The translations under genes and the position numbers were made by a program. A stretch of 64,000 bases of DNA from a virus. The notes beneath the pieces were generated by a model. It searched no databases, was not told the origin of the DNA, and saw nothing but the letters and a program-made list of their open reading frames with translations. The DNA lies in IMG/VR virus record IMGVR_UViG_3300038427_000078. One strand, written 5' to 3'. This document shows positions 18,890 to 25,956 of the stretch, piece by piece. Positions within the stretch are counted from its first letter, which is position 1. Each line of letters opens with the position of its first letter.

Positions 18890-19056
18890 TCCACTTGACA
18901 AGCCGGAGAAGACGTGCTAAGCTCCCGGCATGGAACAAGACAAAAACGGAAACCTGATCTGCAACGTCTGTGGACAGGATTGGGCAAGCCAACACACCAT
19001 CGGGGCAACTGCCTCCAACCTCCCAGGAAGCCAAGTCAACCAAAGGAAGGCAAGTG

Positions 19057-19359
19057 ATGGGCTACTACATCGAGACACCCCTCCCGCTCGCGAAGGCACT
19101 TCAACTCGAAGAGCTTCACGGTGCGGAGCCGTACTCGGGTACGTTCGAGGACGTACCGGAGGGCAAGGTCGTAGTCGCAGTGGTACAGAACGGTCTGTTC
19201 GACGCCGCTGGCATCTGCTACGACGAGAACGAGTTCAAGGCATTCACCGCTGACCCAAGCGACACCAGGCCGAAAGACCTGTTGACGCTGGACAAGGACA
19301 CCGCCCTACGGCTGTGCCCGCACGCAGCGGAGGTACTTGGAGAGGACGTGGCTACCTGA
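19057..19359 (+). CDS. Hypothetical protein
   Basis: SD plus ORF. Confidence 0.6.
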   Translation: MGYYIETPLPLAKALQLEELHGAEPYSGTFEDVPEGKVVVAVVQNGLFDAAGICYDENEFKAFTADPSDTRPKDLLTLDKDTALRLCPHAAEVLGEDVAT

Positions 19360-19565
19360 TGCCCGTCCTTTTCTTCATCATCGCAGGCATCATCCTGATC
19401 GCCAACTCGGGCTGGTTCCACGGAGCAGACATCGTTGGCATCGTCCTGCTCGTCTTTGGCGGGCTTGGACTTGTCCTCTGGCTCGTCGCTGCGAAATTCG
19501 CACGGAGCATCATCAAAGAGGTCAAAGGACCAGGGACACCCCGGCATCCCCGGAGGTTCCGCTAA
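19359..19565 (+). CDS. Small two-TM membrane protein
   Basis: Two hydrophobic segments. Confidence 0.6.
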   Translation: MPVLFFIIAGIILIANSGWFHGADIVGIVLLVFGGLGLVLWLVAAKFARSIIKEVKGPGTPRHPRRFR

Positions 19566-19572
19566 GTTGTTC

Positions 19573-19645
19573 GCCCTTGTAGCTCAGAGGATAGAGCATC
19601 GGTTTCCTAAACCGTGTGTCGCGGGTTCGATTCCCTCCGGTGCCA
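19573..19645 (+). pseudogene. tRNA-Arg(CCT) with non-pairing 3' acceptor strand
   Basis: Loop TTCCTAA intact; GCCCTTG pairs poorly with CGGTGCC. Confidence 0.65.
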
Positions 19646-19661
19646 TGGTATACTGTTGGGT

Positions 19662-20003
19662 ATGAGTGATCAAGACCTAACAGAGCAGCAAGTAGTGGCT
19701 GCGGAGGCCGGTGTCGGAGACAGCATACAGGCCATCGCGGACCGCGCAGTCAAGGCCGTCGAGGTACTGGACTTGAGCGAGGGCGATGTTCTCGTAGTCA
19801 AGCTCGGCATCGATGACATGGGTGACGGACTCCCACCGTGGATTCCGGGACCAGCGGAGCTAGAGCAGGTGTCAGATGCCTTGACCGCGACAGTGCCAGA
19901 GGGCGTACGGGTGCTAGTTCACCACCTGGGAATCAACTTCCAGATCGTACGCGGCCTCGACACCAGTAACCCGGTCGTAGTCGAATCGCTGCCAACAGAG
20001 TAA
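19662..20003 (+). CDS. Stand-alone paralog of an internal portal segment
   Basis: KLGIDDMGDGLPPWIPGPAELEQV vs portal KLGIMDMGDGLPPWLPGPEELESV. Confidence 0.8.
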   Translation: MSDQDLTEQQVVAAEAGVGDSIQAIADRAVKAVEVLDLSEGDVLVVKLGIDDMGDGLPPWIPGPAELEQVSDALTATVPEGVRVLVHHLGINFQIVRGLDTSNPVVVESLPTE

Positions 20004-20006
20004 CAC

Positions 20007-20081
20007 GCGGGAATAGCTCAGCCAGGTTAGAGCACTTCTCTGATAAGGAAGGGGTCAGAGGTTCAAATCCTCTTTTCCGCA
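20007..20081 (+). tRNA. tRNA-Ile(GAT)
   Basis: Loop CTGATAA. Confidence 0.88.
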
Positions 20082-20166
20082 TCGCAGGAAAATCGGTCCT
20101 GAAAAATTAGGGTCGGCGCTCAGAAAAATTTTGCGCCAACTTCTCAGGCGAGATTAGCCTAATTAC

Positions 20167-20241
20167 GCCCAAGTGACGGGAATTGGCATACCTGGCAAGC
20201 TCAAACCTTGTCGTTTGTGGGTTCGACTCCCACTTTGGGCA
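20167..20241 (+). tRNA. tRNA-Leu(CAA), short variable loop
   Basis: Loop CTCAAAC; no long variable arm. Confidence 0.85.
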
Positions 20242-20273
20242 CTTTTTGTCGAACCTTCTGACACGTAATATAC

Positions 20274-20606
20274 GTGGCATACAAGGATCCTCAGAAGCAG
20301 AAAGAAGCACAGCATCGGTCATATCTGCGTAACAAAGAGATAATCCTCAGGCGCAGTTCTGATCGCATCAAAGAGCTTCGACGCAAAGTGCGAGAGTACA
20401 AGGAGGAGCGTGGTTGTAGCGCGTGCGGGTACAACAAATACGGTGGGGCTATCGATGCTCATCACCCAAACGGCAAGGATAACCAAGAACAGTGCATTGC
20501 CCGTTTGTGCAAACGGGCCTTTCCGTGGGAGACAATCCTTGCGGAGCTTGAGAAGTGCATTCTTCTCTGTTCCAACTGTCATCGCGAGCACCATCGCGGT
20601 GAGTAG
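20274..20606 (+). CDS. HNH endonuclease
   Basis: CSAC...IDAHH...ELEKCILLCSNCHR. Confidence 0.85.
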   Translation: MAYKDPQKQKEAQHRSYLRNKEIILRRSSDRIKELRRKVREYKEERGCSACGYNKYGGAIDAHHPNGKDNQEQCIARLCKRAFPWETILAELEKCILLCSNCHREHHRGE

Positions 20607-20784
20607 CATAACGCGCTATACTGGAAATATGGGACCAGACAAATGTGGCGCAGAAGTCGGACTTTTGGCAAGATGCCAAAGACCGGCGAATCACGACGGA
20701 GAGCACTCAGGGCCGATTTTCGTCCCTCAGTGGATTACCTATTTGGGCGAGGGTGACGAGATTCCTCGCAGTCAGTACCAATCG

Positions 20785-20856
20785 TGCGGAGTGGAGCAAC
20801 GGTAGCTCGCAAGGCCCATAACCTTGAGGTAGGAAGTTCGACTCTTCCCTCCGCTA
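20785..20856 (+). tRNA. tRNA-Met(CAT), initiator-like
   Basis: 1-72 mismatch; loop CCCATAA. Confidence 0.85.
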
Positions 20857-20868
20857 TAGCAGTACAAT

Positions 20869-20940
20869 TCCGGGTTCGTCTAATCGGCAGGATGTCTGGT
20901 TCTGAGCCAGATGGTCAGGGTTCGAATCCTTGACCCGGAG
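20869..20940 (+). tRNA. tRNA-Gln(CTG)
   Basis: Loop TTCTGAG. Confidence 0.9.
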
Positions 20941-21002
20941 CTTTGGCAGTAGAAGGCGAACAGCGCTTAGAGCGGGTTCGTGGGATCCCGCGCTGTCAAC
21001 AT

Positions 21003-21073
21003 TGGGGGTTCGTTCAACGGCAGGACAGCGGGCCTTGAACCCGCGAATCGGGGTTCGAATCCCTGACCCCCAG
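21003..21073 (+). tRNA. tRNA-Gln(TTG)
   Basis: Loop CCTTGAA. Confidence 0.88.
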
Positions 21074-21155
21074 CTAGCAAGGCAAGGAGCCGGTAGGCGT
21101 GTGCTACCGGACCAGAACGAGGCGTCACTGCACGCCTACCTTGCCGCAATCTTTC

Positions 21156-21239
21156 GCCTCTCTGGTTGGAATGGTAGACACAGCGGGCCTAAACCCCGCC
21201 GATCTTCGGATCGTCCGAGTTCGACTCTCGGGAGAGGCA
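21156..21239 (+). tRNA. tRNA-Leu(TAA)
   Basis: Loop CCTAAAC; long variable arm. Confidence 0.88.
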
Positions 21240-21241
21240 TC

Positions 21242-21316
21242 GCGTCGGAAGCTCAAGTGCGAGCGCCGCCCATTTGGGGGCGGAGGTCGAGGGCGATTAG
21301 CTCCCCTCTCGGCGCA
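21242..21316 (+). ncRNA. tRNA-like RNA with atypical loops
   Basis: All four stems pair; anticodon loop CATTTGG; 10-nt T-loop. Confidence 0.65.
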
Positions 21317-21320
21317 ACAT

Positions 21321-21394
21321 GGTGGTCGTCATCTAATGGACTAGGATTCGAGGTTGTGAACCTCGCCATGCGGGTTCGATTCCCGTCGATCACC
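21321..21394 (+). tRNA. tRNA-His(GTG)
   Basis: G-1:C73; loop TTGTGAA. Confidence 0.9.
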
Positions 21395-21406
21395 CTGGCA
21401 GCACAA

Positions 21407-21481
21407 GCGCCACTAGCTCAGTCTGGTTAGAGCAACTGTCTTATCAACAGCGTGTCCGGGGTTCAAATCCTCGGTGGCGCA
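21407..21481 (+). tRNA. tRNA-Ile(TAT)
   Basis: Loop CTTATCA. Confidence 0.8.
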
Positions 21482-21487
21482 CTTCAT

Positions 21488-21561
21488 GGCCCGTGGGTCT
21501 TATGGCAAGGATTCCGCGTTCTCAGCGCGTGAGATGATGGGTTCGAATCCCATACGGGCTA
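21488..21561 (+). tRNA. tRNA-Glu(CTC)
   Basis: Loop TTCTCAG. Confidence 0.85.
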
Positions 21562-21636
21562 CTCTGTAGGTACCATTCGAATGGCTCTGCCTGCGGAACG
21601 CTTGACTTCATCGCACCCGTGCGATATGATGTCGCT

Positions 21637-22290
21637 ATGTCGAGAGCAAGAGACTGGACCCACCCAATCACCGGCGAGCTACACTGGTTCGACGTACACG
21701 GCATGGCTGGGGTCCGGGAACTCGAAGTTCTCGCAGACGCCGAAGACATCGACTTGGACGACCTGTTCGACGCGAACCTCTCTTCTAAGGAGGTTCTGTT
21801 CCGGCTCAACAAGCTCAGTGAGCTAATCCCGGAGGCGGGCCTCAACAAGCTCAAGAAACGTCAGACACAGGGCGAGCCTGAGACTTGCCGCATCTGCCCG
21901 CTACTCGGTCGGGAGTGCGAAGGTCGAATGACCAAACATCACTTCGTGCCGCGTTGGATCATGTTGGAACTGGCAGACTACGAGGTCTATGCACCGCGTA
22001 GGCTCTGCACAGTCCCGGCGTGCGCCGGGAGCCACCGTTGGCTCCACATGCGGACCGAGGAGGGATCGAAATCCATCGCTCCTTACCTCGACAAGAATGA
22101 GAAGGCACTAGCGCACCATCTCATCGGGACACTCCGTCAGGAGCGCCCCAGGATCTACGCCCTCCTCGCGGGCGGGGACAAGAACAGCTACGAGTGGCAA
22201 CTTGTTCAGGATTGGCGGCGAGGACTGTTTGATGTCAGGGGGGAAGGGAAAGATCCCTTCCCTCGCTGGCAGCTACGAAACTCTCTGTAG
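21637..22290 (+). CDS. Hypothetical protein with HNH-like Cys/His cluster
   Basis: CRIC...TKHHFVP...VPACAGSHRWLH. Confidence 0.6.
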   Translation: MSRARDWTHPITGELHWFDVHGMAGVRELEVLADAEDIDLDDLFDANLSSKEVLFRLNKLSELIPEAGLNKLKKRQTQGEPETCRICPLLGRECEGRMTKHHFVPRWIMLELADYEVYAPRRLCTVPACAGSHRWLHMRTEEGSKSIAPYLDKNEKALAHHLIGTLRQERPRIYALLAGGDKNSYEWQLVQDWRRGLFDVRGEGKDPFPRWQLRNSL

Positions 22291-22353
22291 CTCAGTGGAT
22301 AGAGCGTCCGGTTGCGATCCGGGAGGTCGGCGGTTCGAGTCCGTCCAGGGAGG
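22281..22353 (+). tRNA. tRNA-Arg(GCG)
   Basis: Loop TTGCGAT. Confidence 0.85.
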
Positions 22354-22381
22354 TACGTTAGAACCCTGCTAAGGTGTAGAT

Positions 22382-22561
22382 ATGCCTTACGCAGATAGAG
22401 AGAAACAGGCGGCGTATCAACGCGATTGGTACCGACGCCACAAAGAGCAACATATCAACCGTATTCGTAACGAACGTCGTAAGAGGCGTGAAGTGGTCAA
22501 CGAATACAAGCTCTCAAGAGGGTGTAACCGATCGCGGGTTCGATTCCCGCATAGTGCTTAG
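22382..22561 (+). pseudogene. Truncated HNH gene fused to a tRNA 3' fragment
   Basis: MPYADREKQAAYQRDWY...YKLSRGC resembles the N-termini of 20274 and 23901; runs into GCGGG-TTCGATT-CCCGC. Confidence 0.7.
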
Positions 22562-22568
22562 ATCAAAC

Positions 22569-23155
22569 TTCGTATCAGGCGGTTGCTGCGCTTGAAAGAC
22601 AGCGTAGAGGAAGTTCGGGGCATGCTGGCAGGGGAAACCTTGTCATCGGCTCAACTACACCGAGTGACACCGGCCCAAAGGAGGTACGCCCTCGTTGGTG
22701 TTCCGGCGCATGCAACTCCAAGTAGAGAACCCTACGGCGAAAGCTATGGGCATATCGGGTTGGAGGCTTAGATGGATGATCGCCACCAGTTACGACTCAG
22801 AGGAGAGACATGAACTACTGTGAAGCGATGGCCTACGTCGCGGGGCTGTTGGAGGGCGAGGGATGCTTCGATTTCGTAGCTCCCGGCCATCCAAGGATCC
22901 GCATGGAGACAACAGATGAAGATGTGGCATACTGGCTTCAACACTTGGTTGAAGGTGGGACAATCACTAATCGTCAGGGCAAACGCAGTAATCACAGCGA
23001 TTCGTTTGTGTGGCAAACGAGCAGGGCTGATGTGGTCAAGAAGGTCTTGACGGCAATCTATCCTTGGACAAGTGCTCGCAGGCGAGTAAAGATTGATGAA
23101 CTCATGTCTGCTCTCTGAGCCGTAGTTGGTACAGAACCCCGGCTATCGATACGAA
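22569..23155 (+). ncRNA. rnpB: RNase P RNA (minimal) interrupted in P19 by an ORF
   Basis: P1 TTCGTATC/GATACGAA; P2 GGCGGTT/GATCGCC; GAGGAAGTTCGGGGC (22607) pairs with ACAGAACCCCGGCT (23131) as P4 with bulged U; AGATGGAT. Confidence 0.88.
22810..23118 (+). CDS. Single-motif LAGLIDADG homing endonuclease
   Basis: AYVAGLLEGEGCF; SD AGGAG. Confidence 0.85.
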   Translation: MNYCEAMAYVAGLLEGEGCFDFVAPGHPRIRMETTDEDVAYWLQHLVEGGTITNRQGKRSNHSDSFVWQTSRADVVKKVLTAIYPWTSARRRVKIDELMSAL

Positions 23156-23196
23156 TATGCCCCTCGGCTCTGTTCAGAACGGCTTGGGGGCACCAA

Positions 23197-23270
23197 GCCT
23201 GTGATGCAGAAATGGTGCTGCGCTCGCCTTGTAAGCGAGAATAGACTCGGTTCGATTCCGAGCATAGGCT
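23197..23270 (+). tRNA. tRNA-Thr(TGT)
   Basis: Loop CTTGTAA. Confidence 0.85.
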
Positions 23271-23434
23271 CTGACTGCGCTCTTGCAAGCACCGGGAACC
23301 GGCGTGCGGCAGAGCGGCGCGCTGGTCACCCGTGGCTAGTCCTCATTTGCTCAACGCACCCCGGATTAGGGATTGGGCAGGCTAGTCTAGTGTGAGTACC
23401 CACTGATCGCGATGAGCGTGAGGGGAAATCCAAT

Positions 23435-23505
23435 GCGGATGTGGCGTAATGGTAACGTATTTGCCTTCCAAGCAAAGGTTGCGGGTTCGACTCCCGTCTT
23501 CCGCT
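23435..23505 (+). tRNA. tRNA-Gly(TCC)
   Basis: Loop CTTCCAA; U73. Confidence 0.9.
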
Positions 23506-23571
23506 TCAACCCACGACACAAAGGAGGTACCCCATGCGGTTAGGCACTGTCTAATCGAAAGGAGGTACTAA

Positions 23572-23742
23572 GTGAACGGCAACCTCGCAGCCAAGGCTGC
23601 GAAGCTCATGCAGAAGAACGGGAACCGCGACAAAGGAGGCGGATCCCACAAGTACGGACGCAACCGCAACAAGTGCGCCCGCTACCGCGCCCGCGTGGGG
23701 AAGCCCCGTGGTCCTGGTGTCGATGGAAACAAGAAACACTAG
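23572..23742 (+). CDS. Small basic Gly/Lys/Arg-rich protein (56 aa)
   Basis: SD AAAGGAGGT; MNGNLAAKAAKLMQKNGNRDKGGGSHKYGRNRNKCARYRARVGKPRG... Confidence 0.65.
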   Translation: MNGNLAAKAAKLMQKNGNRDKGGGSHKYGRNRNKCARYRARVGKPRGPGVDGNKKH

Positions 23743-23779
23743 AGGGTGGCCGACCGGCCCACTGGAACGGTCGGATTAG

Positions 23780-23850
23780 TGCTGTGTAGCTCAACGGTAG
23801 AGCAACTGGCTCATAACCAGAAGACGGCGGTTCGACCCCGCTCGCAGCGA
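23780..23850 (+). tRNA. tRNA-Met(CAT)
   Basis: Loop CTCATAA. Confidence 0.85.
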
Positions 23851-23900
23851 CTCATAACTCACAGGCTCCTTTCGAGCCATTTCCGGGCGCATAATGCTTG

Positions 23901-24245
23901 ATGGCATACAAGAACAAGGTCGATCAAGCAGCCTCTTCTCGTCGTCATTACCTTCGTAACCAGAAGGCGATGAAGGAGAGGGCTGAACTCAAGAACCGCG
24001 AACGTCATGCAGAATACGCGGAGAAGATCAAGGTTGCGAAGGCTAGACCTTGCGCCGATTGCAACATCGAATACCCTCACTACGTCATGGACTTCGATCA
24101 TGTGCGTGGCAAGAAGGTCGGGAACGTATCGACCATGGCTCATGCCTTGCGACCTTGGAAGCTGATCGAACAAGAGATTGCGAAGTGCGATGTCGTCTGT
24201 TCTAATTGTCATCGAGAGCGTACGTATGTTCGACTCTCCGCATAG
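23901..24245 (+). CDS. HNH endonuclease
   Basis: CADC...MDFDHVRG...EIAKCDVVCSNCHR. Confidence 0.88.
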   Translation: MAYKNKVDQAASSRRHYLRNQKAMKERAELKNRERHAEYAEKIKVAKARPCADCNIEYPHYVMDFDHVRGKKVGNVSTMAHALRPWKLIEQEIAKCDVVCSNCHRERTYVRLSA

Positions 24246-24328
24246 CGATTTCATCATCCGGGCGCGAAACCTGCTATCATCGGTAGAGTAATGGTTGGAG
24301 ACAGACACATGGACAACGGTGGCTATCA

Positions 24329-24466
24329 ATGCTCGACTTCATCTTCCGATACCTGTGTCGGCGCTTCGGCCATCGCTGGATTGCCGAGGAAACCTACGCT
24401 GGCGAGTGGTGGGACATCTGCGCCCGCTGCCACGCTGTGCGCAAACACCAACCGGGGAGAAATTGA
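24329..24466 (+). CDS. Small Cys/His protein
   Basis: LCRRFGHRW...ICARC. Confidence 0.55.
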   Translation: MLDFIFRYLCRRFGHRWIAEETYAGEWWDICARCHAVRKHQPGRN

Positions 24467-24472
24467 AGGTCC

Positions 24473-25237
24473 ATGAGCGAGACAGACGCACAGAAGATCG
24501 CGCAGTTGAAGCATCTCATCGATGAGACACACAAACACGGTGAGAGGATCCAGGTCGAAATCCAGAAACTACAGGCGGCACACGCCTCTCATGTTCAGAT
24601 CGACATCAAGAAGGGTCTGTTGAAGGGGCTAGAGCTTCTGAACGCACACCGTCGTAGGGAACTAGAGGAGCTTGAACATCCGGCTCCGAAACCTGCACCT
24701 GAGCCTCCGAAACCTGCTCCGAAACCGAAACCAGCGCCGAAACCCAAGCCGAAACCGAAGCCGAAGCCACCGGCTCCGCAGCGGTTCCACATGCTCGACT
24801 CCACGAACGCCGACAGTCTCCCGGAGGAGGGAGAGGCAGCGGTCGCCGGTTACGTCAACGGGATCTTCAACGACTTCGACAACATCGTCAAGCGCTTCCC
24901 GCACCTGAAACACCTGTCGATCAGCGTGTTCTCTGGCGAGGACGCCGACGCTCTCGACGTAGAGAACGGGGACGCGACACCGGGCGAGGCACCAGGCTGG
25001 GTACGCAAACAGCACGCACGCGGAAAGGCCCGCCCTGTGGTCTACGCCAATGCGAGCACGATGCCCCAGGTTGTGCAAGCCTTGACAGACGACGGCATCA
25101 AGAGGGACGAATATCTCCTATGGGTGGCCGACTATGACGGGAAGGCCGACATCCCGGAGGGCTTCGATGCCAAGCAGTACGAAGACCACAATGAAGAGTA
25201 CGACATCTCGATCTGTGAGCCTTGGTTCTTGGACTGA
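24473..25237 (+). CDS. Endolysin, GH25-like catalytic domain after a coiled coil and Pro-Lys linker
   Basis: AGYVNG, ALDVENGD, PVVY, WVADY, AKQY; holin-like gene follows. Confidence 0.7.
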   Translation: MSETDAQKIAQLKHLIDETHKHGERIQVEIQKLQAAHASHVQIDIKKGLLKGLELLNAHRRRELEELEHPAPKPAPEPPKPAPKPKPAPKPKPKPKPKPPAPQRFHMLDSTNADSLPEEGEAAVAGYVNGIFNDFDNIVKRFPHLKHLSISVFSGEDADALDVENGDATPGEAPGWVRKQHARGKARPVVYANASTMPQVVQALTDDGIKRDEYLLWVADYDGKADIPEGFDAKQYEDHNEEYDISICEPWFLD

Positions 25238-25289
25238 GCCGTCGCGTAAAGGGTGCTAGCAGCAACAACCTCTAGAGAAAGAAGGGATC

Positions 25290-25535
25290 ATGTCAGCAAC
25301 AGCTAACGCAGTCACGAAGGCAACCTCAACGGTCACGACCGTTGTGGACAACCTCTTGGCTGACCTAGTGTCGTTGGACAACCCGGTTACGGCATCAGCC
25401 GTCGTCGCGTTCGTCCTCTCGGTCACTGGCGGCGGAGCAGACATAGGCTTGAGCGGGACTACGCTCTTGGCGATTGTCGGTGGTATCGGCACCGTGTCGC
25501 TCGTCGTCAAGCGCTTGTTCAGCAAGTCCAGCTAA
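25290..25535 (+). CDS. Putative holin
   Basis: Two TM segments, downstream of lysin. Confidence 0.6.
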   Translation: MSATANAVTKATSTVTTVVDNLLADLVSLDNPVTASAVVAFVLSVTGGGADIGLSGTTLLAIVGGIGTVSLVVKRLFSKSS

Positions 25536-25556
25536 GCGCCAAACAACAACCAGACT

Positions 25557-25584
25557 AAGGCCCGTCTTGAAAAGCGGGCCTTTC
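25557..25584 (+). terminator. Intrinsic terminator
   Basis: AAGGCCCG...CGGGCCTT-TC hairpin after holin. Confidence 0.65.
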
Positions 25585-25600
25585 TCGTATGTAATGGCTG

Positions 25601-25918
25601 ATGGGTAAGTGGGTTCACCGGCTTTCGGAGATAGATGAGGTAAATCGCACAGCGGTATGCGCTAACTGCGGTCCAGTGGCGATCCGGAAACGGTCAAGTA
25701 ATCGTGGATGGAGATGCTCTCCTGGTAACCCGAATACGAAACAACTTCATTATCGTGCTCCTCCGGGCAGCGTATGCGAACGCTGTGACTTCGTGCCCGA
25801 GCACATCTGTCAGATCGACGTTCATCACAGGGACGGCAACAAAGAGAACAACGATCCTTCCAATCATTCGATTCTGTGCGCTAACTGTCATCGGCTCACG
25901 GTGCTCGGCCTGGTCTAG
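25601..25918 (+). CDS. HNH endonuclease
   Basis: CERC...DVHHRDGNKENNDPSN...LCANCH. Confidence 0.88.
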   Translation: MGKWVHRLSEIDEVNRTAVCANCGPVAIRKRSSNRGWRCSPGNPNTKQLHYRAPPGSVCERCDFVPEHICQIDVHHRDGNKENNDPSNHSILCANCHRLTVLGLV

Positions 25919-25956
25919 CCTTTTTCGTACCCGAAAGCGGCTCCGTAAAGACTGAG

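Noticed and set aside
22785-23130. Archaeal-type bulge-helix-bulge intron around the LAGLIDADG ORF
   Set aside because: Helix has symmetric mismatches, not two 3-nt bulges 4 bp apart
24680-24780. Tandem CCGAAA-type repeats
   Set aside because: They encode the Pro-Lys linker of the endolysin; not CRISPR
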